A stretch of DNA of 64,000 bases, from sequence record PP488543.1; one strand, 5' to 3'. The position numbers were made by a program, and so were the translations under genes. Source of the DNA: Escherichia phage BP9. Below are positions 1 through 9,569 of this stretch, in pieces. The notes below the pieces were generated by a model, which ran no database searches, was not told where the DNA came from, and saw only the letters and a list, made by a program, of their open reading frames with translations. The first letter of the stretch is position 1. Every line of letters begins with the position of its first letter.

Positions 1-1
1 A

Positions 2-250
2 TGTGGGTGTGCAACCAGCGTTGAGAGAGAATACAAGATTGACCCTCCGGATGTAGGAAGGTTGATTGTTAAACCCCCAGAAGGTGCCATGAAACCACCT
101 GCTAAAGCTATGCCTTTGAAGAAAGGTGCGCCAGATGCAGTGAATTCTGGCATTATGAGGGATAATAATCTGTCTTGTAGCAATGATAGAGCTAAATTGA
201 TCATTTTGCAAGACTATATTAGAACACTGTTTCCAAAGGAGAGAGGTTAA
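2..250 (+). CDS. 5'-truncated ORF upstream of terminase (possibly small terminase subunit C-terminus)
   Basis: Reading frame is open from window edge to TAA at 248-250; stop overlaps terminase ATG (TAATG). Confidence 0.3.
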   Translation, partial: CGCATSVEREYKIDPPDVGRLIVKPPEGAMKPPAKAMPLKKGAPDAVNSGIMRDNNLSCSNDRAKLIILQDYIRTLFPKERG

Positions 251-1797
251 TGTCTAAGATTTACGGACCGTGTTCTGAAAAGCAGAAGATGATCCTCGAA
301 AACGATGCAGATATCTTGGTAATCGGCGGTGCCGCAGGGTCTGGCAAGTCGTTCCTCTTGCAGTTGATGCCACTTAAAATTATTGATGACCCCCACAGCT
401 CTGTGGTTATGTTCCGAAGAACAACCCCACAGTTAGAAGGTGAGGGTGGACTATGGCCTAAAGCAGTAGCTATTTATAGTGATCTGCCTGAAAACATTAA
501 GCCAAAGTTCAGAGAGAAGGATCATAAGTTCATTTTTCCACGGTTTGATCCGAACACTGGTAAGTGGGATAGAAGCAAAAAGGGAGCTGTTGTAAAATAC
601 TGCCATATGGAGTATGTACAAGATAAGCTTAACCATCAGGGGCTTGAGTACACCATGGTTTGCTTCGATGAGGGCACGCAGTTCGAATGGGAGCAGATAG
701 ACTACCTGATGTCTCGTCTGCGATCTCAGTCAAAGTATCCATCAAGAATGGTTATCAGCTGTAACCCCGATTCAGAACACATGCTTGCCAAACTGGTTAG
801 ATGGTGGTTGGACGATGAAGGGTATCCAGATCCGGAGAAATGCGGTAAGAAAAGATATTTTATCCGACGCGACGGTGAATTTATCTGGGGGGACTCTAAA
901 GAAGAGTTGATAGAGAAATACACCACGGTTAACGGACTTGGTGTGGAGATCAAGCCAAGACCGTTGTCATTCTCGTTTATAGGCGCAACAATATTCGATA
1001 ATCCTGTTTGCTTAAGAGACAACCCAGAATACCTTGCTTTCCTTGAAGGTCTGCCGGAACTGGAAAAAGCTCAGCTTCTTCATGGTAACTGGTTTGCAAA
1101 GCCTGAGGGCGCAAACTATTTTCAAAGATCTTTCCTTCGTGATGCCGATAGAGTACCCCTTGGATCAGTATCTTGCAGGGCATGGGATAAGGCAGGAACC
1201 GAGAGAACTTCCGGTAATAAATTTCCTGACTTTACCGCCAGTGTTAAGGTAAGTAAAGATAGCGACGGCTTTTATTACCTGTCCGGTGATTATTGTCCTG
1301 AGAACGTGGATGACGGGAGGTATTCCACAGGTATAGAAGGCAAGTTCTGTAAAAAGGCTGGTGAACGAGATGTGATCATCAGGAAACAGGCGCAGTTCGA
1401 TGGTGATGATTGCATAATCGTCTTCTCTGTGGACCCAGGGCAGGCAGGTAAGAGTGAGTTCTTAACATCCTCCAGATCCTTGCTCGCCGAAGGGTTCAGG
1501 GTTGAAGAAGACCCAATGCCTTCCAACAAATCTAAACTGACAAGGTTCTCACCTTTTGCCAATCTTGCCCAACAAGGAATGGTGAGAATTGTAAAATCCA
1601 GTTTCCATCCTGATACTCTGGAAGCATTTCTGACTGAACTTGAAAAATTCAACGGGGAAAGATCAACATTTAACAGAAAAGACGACTGGGCCGACTGTGT
1701 AGCTTCTGCGATTAATTTCCTGGAGAAAGAGGAGGTAGCACTTCCTTGTGTGATTCCATCAATCTCATCACCTTCTATGTTCAAGCGTTTTATCTAA
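250..1797 (+). CDS. terminase large subunit
   Basis: 515 aa; Walker A-like VIGGAAGSGKS near N-terminus; SD AGGAGA upstream; first gene of packaging/head module. Confidence 0.85.
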   Translation: MSKIYGPCSEKQKMILENDADILVIGGAAGSGKSFLLQLMPLKIIDDPHSSVVMFRRTTPQLEGEGGLWPKAVAIYSDLPENIKPKFREKDHKFIFPRFDPNTGKWDRSKKGAVVKYCHMEYVQDKLNHQGLEYTMVCFDEGTQFEWEQIDYLMSRLRSQSKYPSRMVISCNPDSEHMLAKLVRWWLDDEGYPDPEKCGKKRYFIRRDGEFIWGDSKEELIEKYTTVNGLGVEIKPRPLSFSFIGATIFDNPVCLRDNPEYLAFLEGLPELEKAQLLHGNWFAKPEGANYFQRSFLRDADRVPLGSVSCRAWDKAGTERTSGNKFPDFTASVKVSKDSDGFYYLSGDYCPENVDDGRYSTGIEGKFCKKAGERDVIIRKQAQFDGDDCIIVFSVDPGQAGKSEFLTSSRSLLAEGFRVEEDPMPSNKSKLTRFSPFANLAQQGMVRIVKSSFHPDTLEAFLTELEKFNGERSTFNRKDDWADCVASAINFLEKEEVALPCVIPSISSPSMFKRFI

Positions 1798-1846
1798 GTG
1801 TTGCCAATCTTAATTAGATGTGGTAGAATAGAGTAATCGGAGATAC

Positions 1847-1875
1847 TAGCCCTCTAACACGAGGGCTATTTTGTT
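1847..1875 (+). terminator. intrinsic terminator-like hairpin between terminase and portal
   Basis: TAGCCCTC-TAACAC-GAGGGCTA followed by TTTTGTT. Confidence 0.5.
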
Positions 1876-1899
1876 ATACTGTTTTGAGGGGTAAAGCTT

Positions 1900-3456
1900 G
1901 TGTCCAAAAAGAACCGCAGGAAACACAACGCCACAGCCAAAACTGTGAATAAATCTGGGAACGCAGGCGCACCAACTCATAATGTTCGTATGAGTGAGAT
2001 CGGTTCTGGCGCACTTTCCCAAATTATGGCAGAATCGCAATCTATGATGGTTGAGGAATTGCGTTGGCCTCAGCTGATTGCCACAGTGGAGACTATGAAA
2101 TGTGATTCCACAGTTGCTACTGCCTTAGATACAAAATATGTTTTCATCACGAAAGCATTCAATGATTTTAAGATCCTTTATAATGTTAAAAGTGAAGACT
2201 CTAAGAAAGCTGCCGAGCTTATAGAGTATTCTTTGCGTAATTTGGCAAACCAACAAACTCTTCGAGATATTGCAAGAAGCGCAGCTACCTTTAACGAGTA
2301 TGGTTTTTCACTGTTTGAGAAAGTATACCGCAGAGAGAAAGAAGGTAAATATGCCGGGATGCTTCTTATTGATAAAATTGCATTCCGACCTCAGGCCAGT
2401 TTGTCCAGATCAGAGCCGTTTGTCTTTGACAAGAATAGTAGAGCACTGACAGGTATTTATCAGTCACCTAATGCATTTCTAAACACTCAGAATGCACGCT
2501 GGGCTGGACCTCTTGCTGCAATGCCTTCAAAAGGCTTTAATGAGCCTGAAATTTTCATCCCTGCTAAAAAGCTTATGCTCATGACCCTGTCAGGAACAGA
2601 ATCTAACCCTGCAGGTGTGTCACCTATGATAGGTTGCTACAGATCTTTCCGTGAGAAAGTTCTGATTGAAAACCTTGAGGTTGTTGGCTGTTCCAAAGAC
2701 CTTGGTGGTGTGCTTGAGCTGAAAATTCCTTCCAATATTTTGAACAAGGCCAGCATTGACCCGAATTCAATGGAGGGGAGAATGGTTGCAGACCTTATGC
2801 TTGACGCAGCAAACGCCCATAGTGGTGAGCAAAGTTTCTTTATACTTCCGTCTGATAGAGATAAGTCTGGTAAAGAGCTTTACTCCATGACCCTGAAGGG
2901 GGTTGACGGTATGGGTAAGCAGTATTCCACTAAAGATTTGATTGATGCCCGTAAGAAGGCGATTCTTGACCGTTTCGGTGCTGGCTTTATTAACCTCGGT
3001 AACGATAACGTTGGATCCTTCTCTCTGTCTGAGTCAAAACAGTCTATCCATGGTCATTTTGTTCAGCGTGATATAGATATTATCACTGAAGCCTTCAATA
3101 AAGATCTTATTCCACAGCTTCTGGCATTGAATGGTATCATCCTTGAAGATGATGATATGCCTAAACTGAAACCTGGTCTGATTGAAGAAGTGGATATGGA
3201 GAGCTTCTCCAAGTTTGTCCAGAGGATCGGTGCTGTAGGTTACTTGCCAAAAACTCCTGCAGTAATTAATAAGATTCTTGAAGTAGGTGGGTTTGATGAA
3301 AGATTTGACGAGGACATGGATCAGGAAGAGCTGATGAAGCTCTTGGGCCAGGATATCAGTAGGGCTGGTGATGGAATGGCTGCAGGATCCACTGGTAACG
3401 GCACTTCTAAGATGTCATCAACCAGAGATAATTCCATATCCAACATGGAAAATTAA
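1900..3456 (+). CDS. portal protein
   Basis: 518 aa ORF immediately downstream of terminase; GTG start with SD GAGGGG; size and position typical of portal. Confidence 0.65.
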   Translation: MSKKNRRKHNATAKTVNKSGNAGAPTHNVRMSEIGSGALSQIMAESQSMMVEELRWPQLIATVETMKCDSTVATALDTKYVFITKAFNDFKILYNVKSEDSKKAAELIEYSLRNLANQQTLRDIARSAATFNEYGFSLFEKVYRREKEGKYAGMLLIDKIAFRPQASLSRSEPFVFDKNSRALTGIYQSPNAFLNTQNARWAGPLAAMPSKGFNEPEIFIPAKKLMLMTLSGTESNPAGVSPMIGCYRSFREKVLIENLEVVGCSKDLGGVLELKIPSNILNKASIDPNSMEGRMVADLMLDAANAHSGEQSFFILPSDRDKSGKELYSMTLKGVDGMGKQYSTKDLIDARKKAILDRFGAGFINLGNDNVGSFSLSESKQSIHGHFVQRDIDIITEAFNKDLIPQLLALNGIILEDDDMPKLKPGLIEEVDMESFSKFVQRIGAVGYLPKTPAVINKILEVGGFDERFDEDMDQEELMKLLGQDISRAGDGMAAGSTGNGTSKMSSTRDNSISNMEN

Positions 3457-3511
3457 AAATTATCAACACAGGTGGTTGCAAAACCTCCTTTGGCGTGATA
3501 AAATAATCCAC

Positions 3512-3943
3512 ATGGGGAATAAGATGCCACAGGAAGAAATGATTTCCTACGAAATCATCTACGAACCTGACACTAAAGATGCTCACGGTGAGTGGATGAG
3601 TAAAGACACCATCAAAAAGGCTAAAGATAACTGGGACGCAGCATACGCCGCAGGCCTAGTTTCTGAGAACCTTTTCCACTTGACCTCTACAGATGCTTTC
3701 ACCATTGAAAAGACGTGGATTCAAGAAGAGTTTGATGTTGTAGTGATTGGCACTGAGCAGGTCATCAAGGCTGGCTCTTGGGTTGCTAAAGTTAAATACA
3801 ATAATCCTGAACTATGGGAAGCTAAGAAGGCTGGCATTGTTGGTGGCCTAAGCATTCAGGCAACAGGTAATGTTGATGAAGAAACTGGTGAAATTACCAA
3901 CGTAAACTTCGGGATCAGTGTTGTAGAAGAGGGCAATGAATAA
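3512..3943 (+). CDS. putative prohead protease or head morphogenesis protein (XkdF-like)
   Basis: Motif EPDTKDAHGEWMS resembles XkdF-family signature; track ORF starts at 3368 overlapping portal, internal ATG 3512 or 3524 more plausible. Confidence 0.4.
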   Translation: MGNKMPQEEMISYEIIYEPDTKDAHGEWMSKDTIKKAKDNWDAAYAAGLVSENLFHLTSTDAFTIEKTWIQEEFDVVVIGTEQVIKAGSWVAKVKYNNPELWEAKKAGIVGGLSIQATGNVDEETGEITNVNFGISVVEEGNE

Positions 3944-4920
3944 TGTCTGAAAAAACGATTACTATTAAAGAGAAGGGGATTGCCCTGTGCCATAAGGCGC
4001 AAGGCTATAGCGCTAACAACAGACCTGTATCTCTTTTGATGAAGAGTGATCTTAAGCCTGAGCAGTTAACAGACGATATTGTTAAGGCACTTCGCCAAGT
4101 TACTGTGGAGCTTAGTTTTGAAGAATACCTGCGTCGTTTCTTCGATATGTGGTATGATGATGCTAAAGCACTTGCACACATGCTTGGTTTTGAGATTGAA
4201 GAGGAGGCTTGGGCTAAAGAGCATCCTGATTGGGAATGGGCGCAAGCTGACGCAGAGTCTTGTATTGCATGGCTGGAAGAGCGTTGTGATAACGTGACCA
4301 TTCATAAAGCTGCAAAAGAAGGTAAGCAGCTTAGTGTGGTAGATCAGTACAGCCTGTTAAAAACACAACAGATTTTTGAACAAGTAACCGCTGATCTCTT
4401 CGATAAAGAAGGGAACCTGATCAAGGCGGTACAGGAACCTGCTGAGGTGGATAAAACTACCGAGGTGGATGATGTTGCAAAATCCGCAAATACCGAGGAG
4501 AATCCGGTGGACGTAACCAAAACTAAAGAGTATCTGGATCTGCTGAAGCAAGTAGAAGAGCTGAAAGCAACCCAGAGTAAAGCTGAAGAAATCATCAAGG
4601 CCCAGGTTGAAGTTGAAAAAGCTAAAATGCTGACTAAGGCTCAAGCTTTAAGCTTTGTTGGTGAAGAAGATCACGCAACCCTGGTTGACTTCATGCTGGA
4701 GAAAGCTAACGAACCTATCGTAGCTATGCTGGAGAAAGCTCAAGCAAAAATTGAAGAGCTGGAAGCAGAGGTGCATAAAACTAAAGAAGAGTTTGCCACC
4801 ACTGAACATGGTAATGATGGCGAACCTGTTGTGGATGATGTTGCAAAATCCGCAGAAGAAATTCTTGCTGAAAACGTTGCAAAAGCACTTGCTCGTGCAC
4901 GTGCAGAATCTAACAAATAA
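3943..4920 (+). CDS. scaffolding protein
   Basis: 325 aa, acidic, long predicted helical/coiled-coil stretches, located between protease-like gene and capsid genes; TAATG coupling. Confidence 0.55.
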   Translation: MSEKTITIKEKGIALCHKAQGYSANNRPVSLLMKSDLKPEQLTDDIVKALRQVTVELSFEEYLRRFFDMWYDDAKALAHMLGFEIEEEAWAKEHPDWEWAQADAESCIAWLEERCDNVTIHKAAKEGKQLSVVDQYSLLKTQQIFEQVTADLFDKEGNLIKAVQEPAEVDKTTEVDDVAKSANTEENPVDVTKTKEYLDLLKQVEELKATQSKAEEIIKAQVEVEKAKMLTKAQALSFVGEEDHATLVDFMLEKANEPIVAMLEKAQAKIEELEAEVHKTKEEFATTEHGNDGEPVVDDVAKSAEEILAENVAKALARARAESNK

Positions 4921-4940
4921 GACATTAACGGGGGAAATAA

Positions 4941-5330
4941 ATGATTACCGCTCAATATTCTGATATCGTGCTCGGCAAAGTTGATTCTAGCGATGCTGGC
5001 TACAATTTTAAAGAGATGGAAATTACACTGACAGAGCACCATCATGCTGGTACTGTTGTAACAAAAACTGGCACTATCGCTAACGATGATGGCTCAGACG
5101 TTTATGGCGTTCTCGTAGACCGAGCTCTGGTAAAAGATGCAGGAAAAGTTCATCTCGCTGAGCCTCTGCAAACAGGTCAGAAATATAAACTGGTTGTTGC
5201 AGTTCACGGTGTTACCTTTGCAAAAGATAAGCTGCTGGGGTCTAACGGTGAAGCAGCTAAGCAGGCTGTTCTTGAAAAGCTGGAAGCTCTGGGTAACAAA
5301 GTTCACGTCCAGACTCTTGGTGAAGAGTAA
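4941..5330 (+). CDS. head decoration protein (lambda gpD-like)
   Basis: 129 aa directly upstream of major capsid gene; resemblance to gpD-type decoration proteins; SD GGGGGAA. Confidence 0.45.
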   Translation: MITAQYSDIVLGKVDSSDAGYNFKEMEITLTEHHHAGTVVTKTGTIANDDGSDVYGVLVDRALVKDAGKVHLAEPLQTGQKYKLVVAVHGVTFAKDKLLGSNGEAAKQAVLEKLEALGNKVHVQTLGEE

Positions 5331-5378
5331 GCCCTAAATTGTTCGGGAAAATATTTAAGTTTTACTTTGGAGAAATAA

Positions 5379-6386
5379 ATGATTACTCGTAAAGATGAAT
5401 TTGGCATTGTTGATTTAGGTGCTACTCTGGACCTTGTTCCGCGCCAATTCCGACTGATCACCGGTATGGATCTGTTCGAAACCCGTCTCGGCACCTCAAC
5501 AATTGCTCAGATCGAGCGTGTTGATGAAGTTGTAACCGACATTCCGGCACGCCGTCGTGGTGGTGAGCGTAACTACGTTGGTAATGAACGTGCTCAGGTT
5601 AAAAACCTGAACATCCCGTTCTTCCCTCTGGATAAAGGTATCACTGCTGCAGATGTCCAGAACTTCCGTCGTTACTTCACTCCTGATGCTCCAAAAACTG
5701 TTCAGGACGTAGTAACCCGCGTTGTTCGCCGTATCCGTGTTTCCCATGAAGCACTGCGTGAGAAAGCGCTGTTCCAGGCTATTCTGGGTAAATCCTATGC
5801 ACCTGGTGACACAACCTGTCAGTATGACTACTACACTCTGTGGGGTGTGTCTCAGAAGTCTGTTGAGATCGACCCTGCAAAAGCAGATCAGGATCCTATG
5901 GAGGTTCTGGAAGAAGCTCGTCTGCACATCGCACTGCAAGCTGGTGATAACGCAGCTGGCTATCGCATTGTAGCTCTGTGCTCACCGGAGTTCTTCAGTG
6001 CTGTTACTCATCACCCGCTGGTAGAACTGGCATACACCTATTACGGCTCTGCTCAGGAACCTCTGCGTCGCCGTCTGGGTGCTGGCGGTCAAGACAGCGT
6101 ATATCGTGTGTTTGAGCATAAAGGTATCACCTTTATCGAAGATATCTCTGGCAATATTCCTAAGAAAGAAGCTCGCATTCTGCCGATGGGTATTGATCAG
6201 ATGTTCCAGCTGCACTTTGCTCCGGCAGACGATGTTAACGAAGCAAACACTCCAGCACAGGAACTGTACATGTGGTACAAACACTCTGCATACCTGCGTG
6301 AAGAGAAGATTGAATCTGAAACTTCCATGCTGGCAGTTAACACCCGCCCAGAGCTGGTTGTTAAAGCAACTCTGAAAGGTGACTAA
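5379..6386 (+). CDS. major capsid protein (lambda gpE-like family)
   Basis: 335 aa; position after scaffold and decoration genes; followed by strong terminator. Confidence 0.75.
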   Translation: MITRKDEFGIVDLGATLDLVPRQFRLITGMDLFETRLGTSTIAQIERVDEVVTDIPARRRGGERNYVGNERAQVKNLNIPFFPLDKGITAADVQNFRRYFTPDAPKTVQDVVTRVVRRIRVSHEALREKALFQAILGKSYAPGDTTCQYDYYTLWGVSQKSVEIDPAKADQDPMEVLEEARLHIALQAGDNAAGYRIVALCSPEFFSAVTHHPLVELAYTYYGSAQEPLRRRLGAGGQDSVYRVFEHKGITFIEDISGNIPKKEARILPMGIDQMFQLHFAPADDVNEANTPAQELYMWYKHSAYLREEKIESETSMLAVNTRPELVVKATLKGD

Positions 6387-6410
6387 TCACTAAGGTGATT
6401 CATCCCATAT

Positions 6411-6444
6411 GGGGAGGGGGTTCTCCCCCTCCCCTTTTTTATTT
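6411..6444 (+). terminator. strong intrinsic terminator after major capsid gene
   Basis: GGGGAGGGGG-TTCT-CCCCCTCCCC followed by TTTTTTATTT. Confidence 0.85.
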
Positions 6445-6468
6445 ATTAGGGTTTAACAGGAGTGTCCC

Positions 6469-7314
6469 GTGAAGAGAGCCGTATATCCAGTTGAGTATGA
6501 TCCTCTATTAAGAGTTTTCAACAATCAGTTAAGTTTTTATCAATTTTTAGCACAATATAACCCAGAAATCAATGTTGGTTTATCAGCCCTGCTGCCACCA
6601 ACAGAATTCGTTATCGGCAGTGTTCACTATCCATGTAGAACGATTGTAGACTTCTTCGAGAAGATTGCAAAACACACAGGCCTGCCAATTGATACTGGTA
6701 TTTCAACTATCCGTATGGGTGTTATTCTTCTGTTCTTCACAGAGAACCTTGATGAAAGCACTTTAACACTGCAAAGTGGGGATGTCAATATCACACTCAC
6801 CCCGTCAGTGTTTAAAGAGGTAGATGCGGCTTTCCAAGTTTCCGTGGCAGAGGGCCATCTATGGGACCCTGTAGGGATGCCTAAAAAGGTGACCATAAAC
6901 GATGAGCAATGCAACGTTGTTTATGAAGAAGATACCCAAACTTTCACCATTGAGTGGCCTAAGAAACGTTCTCAGGTTGTAAATCTTGGGCTGGTCTCTA
7001 CGATAGCTCCACCGCCTCAACCAGAGCCGGAGCCGCCTGTAGGTCCTACTGAACCTGGTGGTGGTGAAGAATCCCAAGGTCCGACTGTACCGGAGGGAGG
7101 CACTGAGCAGGATCCTGAACAGGCACAAGAATCAAGATCTTCTCGCAGTGATGTTGATGCCCTACTACAGCAGGCCGCAGCTCTTAACAACGAAGATGAC
7201 AAAAGTGGTTCAAAAGATGCACTCCAAACCTTCGCCAAAGAGCACGGTGTTACCTTAAGTAAGGCAAAAACTTTCCAAAATATGATGAAAGATTTTGAGG
7301 CTGCACTGGCATAA
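6469..7314 (+). CDS. hypothetical structural protein with Pro/Glu-rich linker
   Basis: 281 aa; GTG start with SD AGGAG; internal PPPQPEPEPPVGPTEPGGGEE linker suggests two-domain surface protein. Confidence 0.35.
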   Translation: MKRAVYPVEYDPLLRVFNNQLSFYQFLAQYNPEINVGLSALLPPTEFVIGSVHYPCRTIVDFFEKIAKHTGLPIDTGISTIRMGVILLFFTENLDESTLTLQSGDVNITLTPSVFKEVDAAFQVSVAEGHLWDPVGMPKKVTINDEQCNVVYEEDTQTFTIEWPKKRSQVVNLGLVSTIAPPPQPEPEPPVGPTEPGGGEESQGPTVPEGGTEQDPEQAQESRSSRSDVDALLQQAAALNNEDDKSGSKDALQTFAKEHGVTLSKAKTFQNMMKDFEAALA

Positions 7315-7323
7315 TTTTGTTAA

Positions 7324-7358
7324 GGCCCCTTCCAAATTAGGAATGGGGCTTTATTTTT
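7324..7358 (+). terminator. intrinsic terminator
   Basis: GCCCCTTCC-AAATTA-GGAATGGGGC hairpin then TTTATTTTT. Confidence 0.6.
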
Positions 7359-7373
7359 ACGAGGTATTTTCAA

Positions 7374-7994
7374 ATGGCATGGTATGAAGATGAAGAGATT
7401 ATCCCGTCCCCGCCTAACCATGATGGTGCAGTAGATACCCCAGAAGAACCACCAAAAGAAGATCCTGTACCTCCGGAACCTGATCCAGACCAACCTCTTA
7501 TTAATATTATGAGGTTGTTGCTTGGCAATGTTGATGAGGAAACCCTCCCTGACGAGGTAATTAAAACATTCCTTGACATGGAGAAGTTGAAACTAAATTA
7601 TCCGGCAGATCCTGATAAGCTGCCTCTGCTTAAGTACAATGTGCTTGTGCAGCTTGTGCGGTGGCTGATGATGCAGGAAGTGTCCAGCGGTAATGCAAGT
7701 ATAACTTCCCGTCTGGAAAAAATAGGTGATGAGACCATAGAGATTCGTGGTGGATCTTCCTACGCCCAATGGAAAGATTTCCTTGATTGGCTGCTGGCAC
7801 ACCCAGACTATGTAGATTCTGAGTTAGATGCTTACAGCAGAATGATTATCATTGGTGGTGTCCGTGTAGACGAAGGAATTCGGGTTAAATTTAATGAAAA
7901 CAGCAACGGACCGTTCGATGTCCAGGGGATTACACCTATCAGTGGTCTAAATAACCAACCTCCTCGCCACCCAAGACGCAAACGCAGTTTTTAA
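7374..7994 (+). CDS. hypothetical head-tail joining region protein
   Basis: 206 aa ORF, acidic Pro-rich N-terminus; position between capsid and tail genes. Confidence 0.3.
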   Translation: MAWYEDEEIIPSPPNHDGAVDTPEEPPKEDPVPPEPDPDQPLINIMRLLLGNVDEETLPDEVIKTFLDMEKLKLNYPADPDKLPLLKYNVLVQLVRWLMMQEVSSGNASITSRLEKIGDETIEIRGGSSYAQWKDFLDWLLAHPDYVDSELDAYSRMIIIGGVRVDEGIRVKFNENSNGPFDVQGITPISGLNNQPPRHPRRKRSF

Positions 7995-8000
7995 AAATTG

Positions 8001-8029
8001 TTGCTTTTGATGTATCTTTGTGGTAAAAT
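8001..8029 (+). promoter_or_regulatory. sigma70-type promoter (TTGCTT, 17 bp, TAAAAT with upstream TGG)
   Basis: -35 TTGCTT 8001-8006, 17-bp spacer, -10 TAAAAT 8024-8029; member of recurring TGGTAAAATAC family. Confidence 0.6.
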
Positions 8030-8047
8030 ACATTAGTGAGGGATATA

Positions 8048-8506
8048 ATGCTAAAGGTTAAATGTCAAACAAGGTTCAACCTAAAGCGTTTAGATCGCTT
8101 CTACAAAGAACTTGTGAGACTTGAAAGTAAAACAATAACCTACGGCTTTTATGACGAACCTCACCCGTCAGGCTTAAATATGGCAACATTGGCAGCCATT
8201 CACAACTTCGGTTGGAACGGGCTGCCTGTTCGCAATTTCATGGAGACAGCCTTTGCATTTCACAGCACTCAACTACAGACCTTGACAGAAAAATTGTTGA
8301 GAGCTATGGCTAGAGGATCAAGTGCAGAGGCTATTCTTAAGCAGATGGGGGACACAGGGGCCAAAGCTATCCAGTTTGTTATTGAGGCTGGGCAGTTTAG
8401 TAATCCTACTGTTAGCGAGCAGTGGGCACAAGAGAAAGGCTTCAACGAGGCTATGCGGCATTACGATGTGCTGCTTGAATCTGCAACCTTTAAAATCGGA
8501 CAGTAA
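8048..8506 (+). CDS. hypothetical head completion/connector protein
   Basis: ATG 8048 with SD GAGGG; track GTG start 8036 lies too close to promoter -10. Confidence 0.3.
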   Translation: MLKVKCQTRFNLKRLDRFYKELVRLESKTITYGFYDEPHPSGLNMATLAAIHNFGWNGLPVRNFMETAFAFHSTQLQTLTEKLLRAMARGSSAEAILKQMGDTGAKAIQFVIEAGQFSNPTVSEQWAQEKGFNEAMRHYDVLLESATFKIGQ

Positions 8507-8520
8507 AATAAGGGGGTTGA

Positions 8521-8946
8521 GTGGCAGCAGGTTATAAGCTGATAGGAAAGAACAGACTAATACCTCGTAAAACATTCAAAGGTCGCCACAGAGTGTATAA
8601 CAAAACAGTTGGTGGCCCTTTTGCCAACGAGGGGTTAGAACTTGAGTATGAAGAGTTTGATGTCTTAGAGTGTGTTGTGCAGCCGTTGACAGGAAGGGCG
8701 GCTAAAGATTACTCCTCTCAAATAAACCCTGAAGGTGACAGACAGTACGAGGCTTTTACAGTTTACTCCTCAACCAAGTTGTATAGTCCGGATGAAGGAA
8801 CATACGCAATGGCTGATCAAATTCAACTTCCTGACATCCGTGGTGACTTGAAATGGTTTACCGTTTTAAAATGCGATGCATATGTTACCTCTGGTGGTGG
8901 GAGATATAGATTTTTTGTGGTAGAAGAGCCTGAAGGAGAAAACTAA
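8521..8946 (+). CDS. hypothetical neck/head-closure protein
   Basis: 141 aa; GTG start with SD AAGGGGG. Confidence 0.3.
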   Translation: MAAGYKLIGKNRLIPRKTFKGRHRVYNKTVGGPFANEGLELEYEEFDVLECVVQPLTGRAAKDYSSQINPEGDRQYEAFTVYSSTKLYSPDEGTYAMADQIQLPDIRGDLKWFTVLKCDAYVTSGGGRYRFFVVEEPEGEN

Positions 8947-9497
8947 TGGAAGCTTTCGAAAAAGTTTTTTCTGATCTTGAAACAACCATTGCTAAGCTTG
9001 TCAAGGTTGCCACAGGAAGAACTGTAGTTCTGGCAGAAAGCTCTACCATACCGAAGCCGGAAGGTGAGTTTGTACTTTTACAAACCTTGGCGATCAATCC
9101 TACCACTTGGGAAGATAATGAGTTTCAAGATGCGGAGGGTAATGCTTACGTCACCCACAGCTATACTGTTACCTATCTGCTAACAGCTTATCGTGGCAGG
9201 GCATATGCTGCACTTAGCAGAGTATTGCAAGCAATAAATCTTCCAATGTTTTATGACAAGTATTTCCCTCTGGGGTCGTGCTTTGCCTACTCTAACAATT
9301 CAACAATCTCACCTCAAAGAGTGCCGTTGAATAAGCAGACGTATGAAAATAGAGCCACTGTGATGCTGACATTTAACGTAAGGTTTGTTGAAACAGACAT
9401 TGGGGCTTTTGAGGATCTTCAGGGAATTAAGGCTGAAATAACCACACACTTCCCTTCACCCAATTCTGGTAAAGCGGTTACAGACAGTGGTCAGTAA
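8946..9497 (+). CDS. hypothetical tail completion protein
   Basis: 183 aa; TAATG coupling to upstream gene. Confidence 0.3.
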   Translation: MEAFEKVFSDLETTIAKLVKVATGRTVVLAESSTIPKPEGEFVLLQTLAINPTTWEDNEFQDAEGNAYVTHSYTVTYLLTAYRGRAYAALSRVLQAINLPMFYDKYFPLGSCFAYSNNSTISPQRVPLNKQTYENRATVMLTFNVRFVETDIGAFEDLQGIKAEITTHFPSPNSGKAVTDSGQ

Positions 9498-9507
9498 TCG
9501 TTATAAT
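9478..9507 (+). promoter_or_regulatory. sigma70-type promoter upstream of sheath gene
   Basis: -35 TTACAG 9478-9483, -10 TATAAT 9502-9507, spacer 17-18 bp; overlaps 3' end of previous gene. Confidence 0.45.
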
Positions 9508-9512
9508 TGTGT

Positions 9513-9556
9513 AGTGTAATGATTACACTGCGTGTTTGATATCCGTGCACAGATAT
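9513..9556 (+). promoter_or_regulatory. two palindromic operator-like elements in sheath gene leader
   Basis: AGTGTAAT-G-ATTACACT (9513-9529) and ATATCcGTGCACaGATAT (9539-9556) between promoter and SD. Confidence 0.4.
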
Positions 9557-9569
9557 TAAGAGGAAACAA

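Noticed and set aside
451-1784. Minus-strand ORFs (451-636, 726-1022, 977-1183, 1290-1784) inside the terminase gene
   Set aside because: Entirely antisense to a well-supported gene, with no ribosome-binding sites; treated as chance ORFs. The same applies to the many antisense ORFs inside the portal, tape measure and fibre genes.
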